A stretch of 64,000 bases of DNA from the human T2T-CHM13v2.0 reference genome, Homo sapiens. A program made the translations under genes and the position numbers. This document shows positions 28,152 to 40,622 of this stretch, one piece after another (the stretch's first letter is position 1; every line of letters starts with the position of its first letter). The notes under the pieces are model-generated. The model was not told where the DNA came from. It did not search any database and saw only the letters and a program-made list of their open reading frames with translations. The stretch lies in the NCBI RefSeq assembly GCF_009914755.1, contig NC_060930.1. One strand, 5' to 3'.

Positions 28152-28649
28152 ATACGTCACGACGGATCAAACAGCTACCGTTTGATGCAGCTTGGCTGTC
28201 TGGAGTCAGTAGCCAATTCCACTGTCGCCTATTCCTCCTCCTCTCCTTTAACTTACTCCACCACCGGCACCGAGTTTGCGTCCCCCTACTTCTCCACTAA
28301 CCACCAGTACACCCCGCTCCACCACCAGTCCTTCCATTACGAGTTTCAGCACAGCCACCCGGCCGTCACCCCCGACGCCTACTCTCTGAACTCTCTCCAC
28401 CACTCGCAACAGTACTACCAGCAGATCCACCACGGGGAGCCCACCGACTTTATTAACCTGCACAATGCGCGGGCGCTCAAGTCGTCCTGCCTGGACGAGC
28501 AGAGGCGGGAGCTGGGCTGCCTCGATGCCTACCGCCGCCATGACCTGTCCCTCATGAGCCATGGCTCTCAGTATGGAATGCACCCAGATCAAAGACTCCT
28601 GCCAGGGCCCAGCCTGGGGCTGGCCGCCGCGGGAGCAGACGACTTGCAG
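28152..28649 (+). CDS. TFAP2D: TFAP2D exon 2 (498 nt; IRHDGSNSY...AGADDLQ; N-terminal transactivation region)
   Basis: Pyrimidine tract and cag| end at 28151. Lies within ORF 27975..28730 and has AP-2 family motifs (RHDG, SPYF, YRRHDL). Donor CAG|gtaaat at 28650. Confidence 0.98.
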
Positions 28650-28734
28650 GTAAATAAGCATGCAGCGAATTTGTCTGCTCCCTCCCCTCTTCGCCCTCCC
28701 CCTGCCGCCCCATTAATGCTCCGACTGTAAAGCG

Positions 28735-28758
28735 TCTCTCTTTCTCTCTCTCTTCTCC

Positions 28759-28812
<54 letters not shown>
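28735..28812 (+). repeat. (CT)n(CA)n compound microsatellite
   Basis: Read directly. Confidence 0.95.
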
Positions 28813-28813
<1 letters not shown>

Positions 28814-31800
28814 ACTTATGGAAAGTTATCAAAACAATTAGAGGAGGAGTGTGCCCGTTCTCTTCCTCTCATTGGATCCAAGCATTTCACCTGGAAGTGC
28901 GGGAGTCCGGGCGGCTGCGGCCCTCCATCTTTGGTTTGTCCTCACAGAAGTCTTTTGTGAATCAACATTTGTGACCCTGAGGGGATGAGGTGGAGGAGAT
29001 CGAGGAGTCTGGGGTTGGGCCAACCGGACTCAGAGTAAGATCCAATAAATTGATGACCAATCGTACCCTCAATCTCCGCACTTTACAGGGTCTTCCGAGG
29101 CGTCCCAGGTGTTTGTCTCAGACTGAGCTTGTGGAGATCTTACTACAAACAGGCTTGTTCTAAGGAAATTGTTGGGACCCTAAGCTTGAACAAAAGTTTC
29201 ACCAAATACACTAGATATCTGTGGAAAGTAAAGAATCGCAAATGAAAGTCTCAAAGTTCTACCCCAAGGAAATAATCCGCACAGTGCACTTTGCCAGGGT
29301 GTAGGGTTGAGTTTAATTCTCTCCGCCTGACGTGCACTCAAAACCGCAGCCCAGTTAGGTAATTTACAAGTTTATTTTTGCTCTTCCAGCCATTACATTT
29401 TACGTAAAATGCACCTCCTTAAAAAGATAAAAATGAGGCAGTAACGGTAATGAAAGAGGGAAAAAATAAAGAAGGAAGGAAGGAAGGAGAAAAGGAAGGA
29501 AGGAAGGAAGGGAGAAAAAGAAGAAGGAAGGAAAGAAGGCAGGTATTCAGACACTGTGGAGGCCATCACTCAATCAGATGATCTCTCTTCTACTTTATTT
29601 CTTAACACGTGTTTGCACATTCTTTACCAAAGATAGAATTTATAATTATGCAATTATGTTGCCATAGGCATATTTCAAACAAATGAGCCCACAAATACCC
29701 AGAAAATAATTCAAAAGACCCATAGTTTTAGCTCCTTTTAGCTAAAAGTGCAGTTCTACCTGTGAGTTCCTACTTTTTGTGTCTGCACAAAGCTGGCCAC
29801 CTTCTTCACACTCTCCAGGACAAATAGGGAAATATTCTAAGAACATAAGTTGGAGACGTAAGAGATCCCTTGTTGCGCACAAAAAATCTTTCCTCCTCAT
29901 TTACCTTTGAGCAAGAGATTATTTTTAAATTAAAGTGAAAGCCCTTACAGTCCCAACAAAGAGCCATAGCAGTAAGACCGGTGCACAAGAAAAAAGATTT
30001 GGTTCCATAAACCTTGACTTTCTACATTTATATTCACAAAATAATTTTATACGCTCAGGGCATTTTTACATTTTTCACAAGGATCCCCTTATGTCTCAAG
30101 AGGGAAAAAAATCTGCCATTCAGTGCTTAGCTCAACTAAAACCTATTTACTCCTTTTAATAGCCGCGTCTGCTGCTGATTTTTTTGTATCTGTACAAATT
30201 TTTTTTCTGTGCTAGGCACAAAGCCGAGCATTTTTCAAAAGAGCGGATTAGAACATTTGCAAGCACTAGACAAAGAGCGAATCCCGTGCAAAAGGACACC
30301 GTAGTTTATCCAATTTTCGACTTAGTGCCATTCAACTGGTCATTTATGCAATGTCATCCGACCAAACAACATGTTTTACTTATGAGGGGAAAAAGTTTGT
30401 TAAGTGAAGAAACCAAGATTCGTTTCTTCTAAGAAAATAAACATTGTAACCGTGCGCCAGAGAGTGGGAGGGAAAGTGATTCACTGCTTTGGAGAGCTTT
30501 GAGACCATTTATCATCTACATTTCAGATATTTTGAAAGCTTTTCTTCAGCCTATCTCTTTTTCCATATACGAATGTCCTTTTTCTCTTTTATTACTCATA
30601 CTGAAGCAAAATTACTCATACTAAGGGACACAGTCCAAGATACTAGAAGAAATATAGTACTGTGTGTGATATACGTTTATACCTTTACATAGATATATCC
30701 ATGTATGTATATATCATAATATATATCCATCTTTATCTATTTAATCTATGAATGCTATGTAGCAAGTTTGTAAATCTGACAAGTTATTTTCTTCCACTGT
30801 TCTTGCTCCAAGTTGGCAGAATGAAAAAGAAAGAGTCATAGCTACTTTTAAAACAAGAAATGGGGAGGGAGTGTGTGGGAGAAACCCGTCTCTCTCCTTT
30901 TATTTCTTCCTTTTTAAAACATTCATCAGCATATGCCTCATTTCAAATGCAACAAATGTAAATATACTTTTCCCTGCACAGAATTTTAAGTGAAAGTCCA
31001 ATGGTTTGGAGGGCGGTCTAAGTCTGCCTAACAGATGCAAACAGTCTTGTGGCTTCAGTTCCATCTTTGAGTCCCCTAAAAAGATTTGCTATGGCCAACA
31101 AAGGAAACTGTCACACCTTTTCCCATCACCGCTTTAATTTATGCTCAGTCTCCAAGTTTTTTTTTTTTCATATTGATTTGATAATCACTTTAAGGCAGAA
31201 CATTTAAAATAAGAAAGAGCTTGTGAGTAGGTTGAAAAGGGGGGTCTTACAGGCCTGCCTCAATATGGTGAAAATGGGGAGGCGAAAGGGAGCCAGGGTT
31301 GTAAAGGTTGTTTTGTAAAGTGGGTTTTTATTATGCACCGACTCTCTCCGCATTTACTTAACTCTTCACGGGCTGTTGGGTAGGTTAACACCCTTCAAGG
31401 CCTCTTTCATGTCCAATACCTCGTTTGTTTGTAAAGGAAAATGAGCCTTTAACACATTTTGATTTGGGAAAAAAGAAAACGACAGACAGGGAGAAATTTT
31501 TATTTTTCCTAATCAAAAATCAGCAAACTCTTTCCATCTTTCCAGCTCTAGGGATTCCTCAATCCATTAGGACTTTGAAGGCCTACAGTGAGTGAACCTG
31601 AAGATTTTTCCTTCATACGGCCCATTTTGGGTAGGATTACAGGATGTTCCTACATTTGGGGTAAAACAGAACCTCCATAAGACATCTTGTATCCTGCATA
31701 TGAAGTAGCTCCTCTGTGTCCTCAAGAAACCCACAGTCCCAGACTTGACACTCTAGGTGTAATTTGCTCTACTCAGAAAGTGCTGAGTGTACACTGTCTG

Positions 31801-32125
31801 TATATACGCTGTGTGCCTTGATGGGGACTCAAAGGGCTTCTCATTCTCTTATGCCAAGATGAAAGACTCCCAGGCACTTTGAAGTGTAATATTGTATGGT
31901 GATGTAAAATGCATACCTTAAGATTTATACAACTTTTAGATTGTGGTTTTTCTTGCAATTTTTTAAAAAATTGTGTTTGCTGGCAAGCTTGCTTCAGCTC
32001 AATGCTTGCTTTCAAATGTCTACTGAAACAGAGTTCAGGGATGGGCTAGTCTAAAAGACTTTACCTACGTGGTCATGCATATGAGTATCCATTTAAGTAA
32101 TTTTATTTCTGTTTCTTTTATTAAG

Positions 32126-32186
32126 GGCTCTGTGGAGGCCCAGTGTGGGCTTGTTCTCAATGGCCAAGGTGGAGTGATAAGAAGAG
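32126..32186 (+). CDS. TFAP2D: TFAP2D exon 3 (61 nt; GSVEAQCGLVLNGQGGVIRR-G)
   Basis: Acceptor tttcttttattaag| ends at 32125. Donor GAG|gtaagt at 32187. Phase 0 in and phase 1 out, fitting exons 2 and 4. Confidence 0.95.
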
Positions 32187-32483
32187 GTAAGTAACAAGTA
32201 ACAACATGTTAACCCTAGACATTCTTCTCCTATCTCTTACTTTGTTTAGAAGATCTGGTTGTGCTCAGATTCCTTTTCTGATGATTAAGAAAACAATTAT
32301 GCTTAGTCAATTATTCTAGTCCAACACTGGCATATCCACATTAAAAAGCCTCCTTTCTTTCATCAAGGTTTGAACCCAGGCTATGCCCATAAGACTTGTG
32401 ATAGGAGATATTTGTTGCTCCTCACAGAACAGTGACAGAATCAAAGTTAGAGGCAGAAGGAAAGACAAAAGAAAAAGACAGAG

Positions 32484-32484
<1 letters not shown>

Positions 32485-32548
<64 letters not shown>
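32485..32548 (+). repeat. (GAAA)16 tetranucleotide STR
   Basis: Read directly. Confidence 0.97.
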
Positions 32549-32549
<1 letters not shown>

Positions 32550-33528
32550 TTTCTCACACCCTCTTCCCCCAGCACTAATACCACATCCTCCAGCAGAATT
32601 TCTGGTCTTTTTAAGCCCTAAATGTGCTAGCCACAGCCTGGGTGTTTGAGATGATGGTGTTAGCTTCAGGCTTTTAGGGATTCTGTGAAAGGCTAGATCA
32701 TTGAGGCTTCAGGGGAGGCTAATGAAACACCAATATTGTAGCTGCCCTTATTTTTCTAAGTGTCCAGGACATTTCTTTCTTTAAGGGAAGGTGGGAGGAG
32801 GAGGTGGTGTTAACTGTACTGGATAAAGCTTTCTTGTTCCCATCTGTTGAGGGAAACATCTGAATCCAGAGTTACCCATGGAATTGGAAGGTGGGGGAAG
32901 GCAAGAGGAGAGGAGAGAGCTGTTGCTTTCAGCTCGGGCACTAAAGGGGGCTGCATCTCAGATGTTCCATTTTGACAAAAGGTTTTGAACTATGACATTC
33001 TCAGAGCCTTAAGGCAGTGCAGATTTTGCTAGCTTCCCCTACTTAACTGTACCCAAAGCCTCTGAAGTTTATTTTTCTAGCAAGCTGAGTAACCCGAGCA
33101 GCACACAAGGCAAGAGGGACCAGCTGTTATCCTAACTTCATACGAATTAATAAGATGTGGTCTATTCACCAAGACTAATTCCTGCTTCAGGGCCACAGTT
33201 GTCTGCAGTAACAGAACACTAAAAACTGAGTCTCTTCTGATGGGACCAAATAAGTGTCCTTCAGCCCTTCTCCATCCCTTTGAAAGCTTCTTGAAAGATT
33301 TGCTTTTCCAGATAGAGAGATGTGCTGGTAGAAATCAGTTGCTTCTTTCATGTTTAAACTGCAGATTTTACATCCCAATGTCCAATGTAAACTCCATTTA
33401 AACTGAGGAGGAAAGAAAACAAAGGGTGCTTTCCTTTTGGAACTTGGTTATTGTTTTAGTGGATGCTGGTAGTTTACATTAAATTTAAAAGAGCTGCTCA
33501 ACACTTCTTGTTTCACCCTATGGAGATT

Positions 33529-33531
<3 letters not shown>

Positions 33532-33564
<33 letters not shown>
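33532..33564 (+). repeat. (AC)n microsatellite
   Basis: Read directly. Confidence 0.95.
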
Positions 33565-33569
<5 letters not shown>

Positions 33570-35049
33570 GTGGTATAACTCCACAAAGATTTTTTAAATG
33601 AGGAATATTAAGCTTGCCAGCCACGCTGGTACTCAGACCTATTGAAATGGAATAAAATAGGCCCAAGACTGATGAATATTGAATGCACTGTGTTGGAGGA
33701 GGCAAAAAAGATTTACACAGTGAACAGGGGACCAGGTGAGATGTGCTGATCAGGGGTCTGTTGGGACGGGTAAAAATAAGGTGAGGCAAGAACACTCAGG
33801 GCGCTTAGAGACTTCGGTGGTGCTGAAGGACAGCGCCACTAATTAGGGACGGGAGCCCGCTTCTCCCACAGCCGGCCTCTTGCTACTGCAATTTTGCATT
33901 CGCTTTCACACTTGACCAAGATCACCTTCTGAAATGCTTGGAAACTGCATCTGAGCGTAAGATACCTGACAGAGGGTGGAATTACTTGAGGCCGAGGAGG
34001 GAGTTAGAGAGGAAGAGGCTTTGGAATCAATTGAATTTCTGGGGAGAGATTTAAGGGACACCCTCTCACCCCCTCACTCAATTCCCAAGAAAGGCCAAAG
34101 CTCTTAGGTATCTCCAAAATGTTAGCTACCTTATCAGAGCCACAGAAATTATCTTCCTTAGGTGATGCTTTATTATTCCTGTAGAATTCGGTCCCTATTC
34201 GTTTCAACTAAAAATCATCGTCGAATCTGCTACTTGAAACCAAATATTGATGTCATATGAGACTAGTGAAGCTCCAGAGAGAAAGGGAATGTAATTTGGG
34301 GTTTACGTCTGTCTTGTTTGACTAAACCCCTCTTCATAGGAATTCAGATTTTAGCTGCTGAGTTTATTCCATTTCCACGTGTCTTAGAGAAAGGCCAGTT
34401 AACCTAGTTGAGCCTTGGAGAGGAGGGTGTGTGTCTATACGTGTCTGTTTATTCTGAAACAATCAATGTTCATGTCAATTTACAAGTGGATAGCAGGGAA
34501 GTGTATTCCCAAAAGAGGGCGTATATTTTGCTGCAGCCTGCCCAGCCCCTCATCTCAGAACTTCCTTTTACAAAACCCTAAAGAAGCCTATTTTCTCAAT
34601 TGTCATGGTAGTACACAGGACCCCTAATATCAACAGCTCAGACTACTTGTGTTCACCAAAAATCAGGAAGACATTAACTCAAGTGCTGCTATACTGCTAT
34701 ACTTCATATAACCCGATACTGTCTAAAAGCTAAGAATGTCTGTTTCTTTTCCAGCTCATGCTTGACCCACCACATGAAACATGATTTATTGCAAAGCACA
34801 ATTTTTCACCATTTTCTCTTTTCTGCTAAGTTCCCGGATTAATTTACATTTCTAATGGTTTCTAGAATGTACTATGGGAGGGAAAAAAATAGATTCCACT
34901 TCCAAAGACCCCAAATGATGTTCTTGAAGAAATATGGGTGACTATGTACTTTACATGAGTTAATCAGGGACATTGTCCTGGTTTGCAGTGGCGTGGAGGG
35001 CTTGGGCATTCTCAGTTGTTCTTCACATTTGGTGACTTCAACTTGTAAA

Positions 35050-36350
35050 GAACAAAATAGCGTCGCCCTGACTCATTTTGTTAAGTGGCAATTACATTAT
35101 TTTAGCCTGTAATGAAGGCCCGATAGCCAAAGAATGCGTGAAAGAGGGGGCAGCAGCTAGGTAATTACCACCTAGATAAAATATTTGCCACTGCCTCGGA
35201 GGCGCAGCTCCCTGCGTGCTGACTCTCGGTTAATGGTGTACGCGATTTTGCCCGCAGCTCCGGCTCTCCAACCATCAGAACCAATAATCTTTACTTTACC
35301 CTGTGCTCGCGTATCGATAGCTTCTTTCGCCTCGGGCGTAGGCTTTGATATGTTAATATTACTGAGTAGCAAATTCTGCAGAGATCATATTAATGTTGTA
35401 CGTACAGAGTGGAGCTTTGCCTTCGTTGAATATTCAGATATCGGGTTTCAAAAGGCATCTCTTGAAGAAATGAGGCTTCTATTTACAGGAGTCGTCTGTG
35501 TTTTTAATCATTAAAAAAAGAAAGAAAATCTCACTCTTTTTTTCCCCCCTGAATCTTCTGAGGCTCCCTTATGGCCGCCTCCCCTTTGCCAGACACCGGT
35601 CCCTTTCATTTCCTGCTCTGAGTATTTAATAATAAGTGAACAATGTTGATGACGATGGTGATGATGAAGCTCATAATAAATGGATCCATATTGGAATCGC
35701 AGGGTGGGGGTACAAGTGGGTAGTGGGCTGTGGACCTCAGAAGTGGGCTAGATGAGAAGACCTAGCTTTTCCTTACATGGGTGGAAAGTGACATTTTGGC
35801 CCTGGTCTGTTTTGTGAAATCGAGATGGCAACTAAAAAGGGGGGGGCGGGGGATGGGAGAGGAAAAAATGAAAAAAGTGAAGAGGGGAAGCGCCCTTGTT
35901 TCGCTTTGTGATCATTCTGCCTTGCAGCCCCAGGCTAATTTCAGAAGCTTAAACACTGCGGTAGCCTCTGGGCCACGCGAAGAGGGAGCGGACCCGGCCA
36001 TGGGCAGGCAGGAGCGCTTTCCTGATTGCCCGTGGCTACACAAAATACAAACTACTTTGAATCAAAACATTTTGGAGGAATTAATATGATCTGAACTCTG
36101 CACGTTTTAAGAGAGTTTGAGTTTGTCAGAGCGCTTAGAGGTGACTGGCACGCCAAGGCAAAGGCATTTACGCCGCGGTACAAACATTGTCAGATCTGAT
36201 TTAATTTCTTTAAAAAAAAAATTCCTTGAAATGGAACCTTAGCTTCAATTGCTCAGTCTGCCCATAACAGAGTAGAAGGACCTGATCGCTTTTCCCTTTA
36301 GCCGGCCTCAAGGCCGGCAGCAGGCTGCTTGGCAGGAGGAAGCGATTTCC
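35050..36350. promoter_or_regulatory. Intron 3 CpG-enriched unique region, candidate enhancer
   Basis: CpGs retained in moderate-GC sequence. TGACTCA at 35069, GGTAATTACC palindrome at 35160, TATCGATA at 35312, AP-2 motifs at 35329 and 36305. Confidence 0.45.
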
Positions 36351-37449
36351 TCTGCTTCTCTGGGTTTCAGGAAGGCCCAGAGCCTTGGAATCCGGGATGG
36401 AGAAAGCCGTGGATTCTTTCAGCAGCTCCTGAAGGAGTACAATTGGAGGAGCGTGGGAAGCCTTGCTCTTCTTCCTTTGTCAGTACTCTTCGGATTCCAG
36501 ATGGATTACCTGGAATCACTACTCTCGCTAGCCAAAACTCATCTCTATGGTTCATCCATTATGGGTGAAGATAGAGCCAGAGATACACCTCAAGCCTCGC
36601 CTGCCTCCTTAGTCCCCAGTGCAGATTCTGCAGGTTTGAAATTCAATCTCCTTTATATGAAATCTAAAACTCTTGTACCAAAGCATCCAGAAGCATGATT
36701 TGTTGGAAATCTTTGTGGGCGTTGGGGGTTGTAGAGGGAAAGAGGTAGCTTTCCCACAGCCTACAGCCTTTTCTCTAATTTCTTTAACTGCTTTGAAAAT
36801 CAGCAGAAACCAAAACACTTTTTGCACTGGGGAATGGGGATTAATCTCCCCCCAACCCCCGCCATACACACACCCTAATATACACCATTACACACCTACC
36901 GCCACATTAAACCAGCGAGTCTCTTCACGCACACCTCTCTTTTGTTCTGCCTGGAATCTACAAAAGGAGAAGCTCATTCGGCCCTGGTAATCCAGCTATA
37001 CCTGTAATGTTATACCCTCCCCCCAAACAATTCGCTCCTTACACATCATCAAAGGCCTACTTGATTCCAATTAAGTCCGCATCCTTTGCTGTTTGATTAC
37101 AATTAATATCTGCTGCCGTGGGGGGAGAGGTAACATGGGGGGAGGGGTAACATGGGGGAGGAGGGTTAGGAAGGGTGAGAGGCTAGAGAGGAAGCAGCAG
37201 AGAATAATTCTCCCCACCCAACTCACAGGCGCACCTCGCAGAAATGCAACCGCAGAACAAACAGGGACAGGAAACTCTTGTAATCGCTTACACATTTTTA
37301 ATGTGTCAGAAAAAAAAGAGCGATCACTGGAGATGAAGAAGGGGAGAAGAAAAATCCCTGCCGTTTGTATTTCTTTCATTTGAATTGTAAACATCTGTTT
37401 GGCTGTAAGGCGAACAGATCATTTATTTTGCTCTCAAGATTTGGTCTAA

Positions 37450-37930
37450 TTATGTCAACACCGACGCTACGACGAGTGGGGCGGCGCTGTGGCTTTGGAG
37501 AGGATGCGCGCACCGGCCCAGCGCCCGGAAGCCCGCTAGGAAGTATTGATCGCACCTGGAGAGCGCGCGGGACCTCTCGCCACAGCTGGGTGCGTTCTGA
37601 GACGGGGGAGGCGCGGAGGCCGTGAGTATGGCTCAGAGGCAGATTTAGAGGCTCCAGGGACCGGCGGCTCCTTGGAGACAGCCGCCGCTGTTTCCTCTGC
37701 CCCAGTAGCCTGGGATGAGAAGAGAAAAAGCTCACCCAGGCTCCGGCGCTTGTCTTTCCCATCCAGTTGCAGCACAGACGGTGGCGGGGTGTGTGTGTGT
37801 GTGTGTCGGCGGGGGGACCTGTCTTGTCCTACCCCGCAGTTCACACCCTGCAACGGGGTAGTTGTTTTTTTAAAAAAAAGTGGCGGGGTTGGGTGGCCTA
37901 TAATCAGGTTGCCGAGCGTGCGTGCATCCA
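37450..37930. promoter_or_regulatory. Intron 3 CpG island
   Basis: Very GC- and CpG-rich non-repeat stretch. Confidence 0.75.
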
Positions 37931-40501
37931 TTTCCCATTGCACCTCCTTACAAGGTGGGGAGATAAGTAGAGCAAGTGTGAGCATCTTCATTGTTTAGAT
38001 GGACAGACTAGACCCAGAGTCATTCGCCCAAAGTTGCGTGAGTCGATAGTTGGTCAAATTCTTACTTGTAGCCCGGTACTCTTTCCACTGCCCCACACTG
38101 TCTGCAGACACTGGCCAGATGTCCCCTGTTATGCCAAGGCAGCCAAGGTAAAGCCACCCCATGCTTCTTCAAACCGAATAAGATCTAACAAGATATGGCA
38201 GCTGGAGGATCTGCATCCATGTATTTTGTGCTAGTTTTGTCACACCTGAGCCAGAAGTCTCTGGCTGACTTCTTCCTGTAGCTATGGCAAAGTTATCCCT
38301 TTTAATGAAAGCCATGTCCTAGGCAAAGGACCTTGAGCAGATAGTTTCTGATTTCTTACCACTGTTACCATAGCTACCCATCAGAATTTGCAGCATCACT
38401 GAAAATAGAGAGCCCTATCTCCAAATTCCAAATTTAAAAATAGTGAACTTTGTGAAAGTATTGCTTCTGTGAACTGTATATGGAAAAGGGATGAACTCTG
38501 GAGAAGTTCTGCATGAATACACTGGCTATAGAATCAAAGACATTCTTAATTGTGATGCTGAATCTAGAATGATTATCACATAATTTCAATATGAGCTGAC
38601 ATGCAACACAAGCACCATGAGGAAGTTCAAGTAGTAACACTGGGGATGACTACTGTAAATGGCTTGGTGTGGGCCAACGTTTCATAACATTCTTCTTTGA
38701 GATCTCATCATTACCATCTGTAGTCTGGATTATCTTAAAGAAGTATCACTCCCTCAGCACCTTCAATCTAAAGGCAAAACCCTGGTGATATTGACCTACT
38801 ACTTTTTTCCACCTCTCTAAAGAATAAATCACCAAGAAGAAAGATATCAGGTTCCCCAAGTTGCTGTAAACTCTACAAGTTGCCAAATCTTTAGCCAGGA
38901 CTAGAGAGTTCCCCAAGGCTGCAGCAATGCCAGGTATCAAAGCAACAGAAATTCCCTTTAAAGATGCTGTGACATAAAAAATAAAAGACTCTAGAGTTGA
39001 TGGCTAATCCTGAATACAAAATAAATCCTTCAGGCAATTTGTGTGTGCATAAAGCATACTCTTAATATGCAGCTTGTGTAACTTACCTAATAAATGTCTA
39101 CTTGAGCATAAGCCAGAAGCCCAACCTAGATGTAGGAGAGGGAGACTCTGGGCCCAGGGAGTTAGCACGTGGGTAGATAGCAGACTCAGTGGCTTCCCTG
39201 GGAGCAGCTGGCTTTCAACACATAAGGTTCACTTTGCCAAAAGTCTTCCAGTTGGGGAGAGCCTGATCTAACAACTTCTTTTAAAAATGATAATCATCTA
39301 CATCTCCCTAAATTAGGTTTCTAATCCACTGAAGATTAGTAAAGATAAGAAAGTTCTAAAATTGTGGTATTCCCTACCCTTAGCATCCAGGAAAATAATT
39401 CATACATATACTCAAACGCTCTGTTCTCTCACTTATCATAAACTTGAAGCTAACTGGCAACTGTGTGAGATTCCTTGTGTCCTCATTTGTATACTGGCTA
39501 GTATGCAAGAGAGGAAAGTTTATGTCAGAATATCAATTTGCTTATGATTTATAGTGACTGTGAGTAGAGATCCATTTTTAGAAGAGGGCTATGTGAATTT
39601 TGCATAAAGACATTGATTTCTCTTTGTTTAATATATTTGGGGTAGACTTATCTAATTCCTAAAATAATCAGGATCAAAATTCTCACAGTATGACTCTACA
39701 CCACAGATTCATTAATACCTACCTTGCTTTCCTGTTCATCTAAAATTTTAAGAAGTCATTTAAGATTTTTTTTTGAAATGCATTTTGCATCTCTAAGTAC
39801 AGAGTGAAACCGATAACAAAAGTGAAATGGTAGTCTTAGGTCCAGGAATCTGGGGGAACATTTTTATTGTTGTATTTTGGCTTAAAACTCGGTGAGAATA
39901 TGAAGAGGGGGAAGTACAGGAGAATTTGTTTTTAGCTCCTAAAGCAGGTGTTTACATGGTTTGCCATTGTATTGGCTACAAGTTTGATGTCAAGAAATGG
40001 ATTTTAATCTGACGATTGAGATTTTGAACTCTCAGATTTCTAACTGCGAACAGGTTTTCAGACACTGTCATGGAGGTTTTGGCAGAGTGCACAGGACCTA
40101 ACTTCTAGCCTGAAGATGGTTGGCTACCCTGACATTCCCACTGATTACTCTTCTGGTTTTTGTTGGTTTGTTGTTTTTTGGAGGGACTTTAGAATGCTTA
40201 GGGAGAAAGATCTTGGTCTCCAGCACTTGCAAGGAAAACTTGGGTGACCAAAAGACAGTCAGGAAGAATTCCAGAAGGTACAGGGGTAGAAATGTTTTAG
40301 GAGTGGGGCAAGGTTAACTTTTTCTGTCTCCTCAGGTTTGGGATCCCTTTGCCTTTTTAAATGTCCTCCCAGGTTCTTTTGCAACCCAGCCCAGGGAAAA
40401 TACCAGAATCTGAATGCCAGAATTTCTACCACCGGTATAATATTCCATATGTGCTAGTTAAGGGTAGGAGATACCTGGGAGGCAAGTGGTAAGTCCTAGT
40501 T

Positions 40502-40622
40502 CAGTGCTTCTCAAACTTTAATGACCATGTGAATCATCTGAGGCTCTCATTAAAATGCAGATTCTGACTCAAAAAGTTTGGAGGTGGGTCTGAGATTTTA
40601 TGCTTCTAACAAGTTACAAAGT
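40502..40622. mobile_element. MER5-type hAT-Charlie fragment
   Basis: cagtgcttctcaaactt...gaatcatctg...aaaatgcagattctgactca...ttctaacaag. Confidence 0.8.

Larger units (their letters stand above)
27160..28930. promoter_or_regulatory. CpG island over intron 1 and exon 2
   Basis: Continuous CpG-rich sequence including the GGC repeat and exon 2. Confidence 0.8.

Noticed and set aside
27388-28160. Several 75-170 aa ORFs in intron 1
   Set aside because: GC-rich island and (TG)n sequence have few stop codons. Only the frame continuous with exon 2 was kept as a finding.
28248-28661. 137-aa antisense ORF over exon 2
   Set aside because: Expected shadow of a GC-rich coding exon. No recognisable protein.
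37376-37998. Overlapping 128-151 aa ORFs on both strands
   Set aside because: CpG-island artefact with no homology to any protein I recognise.
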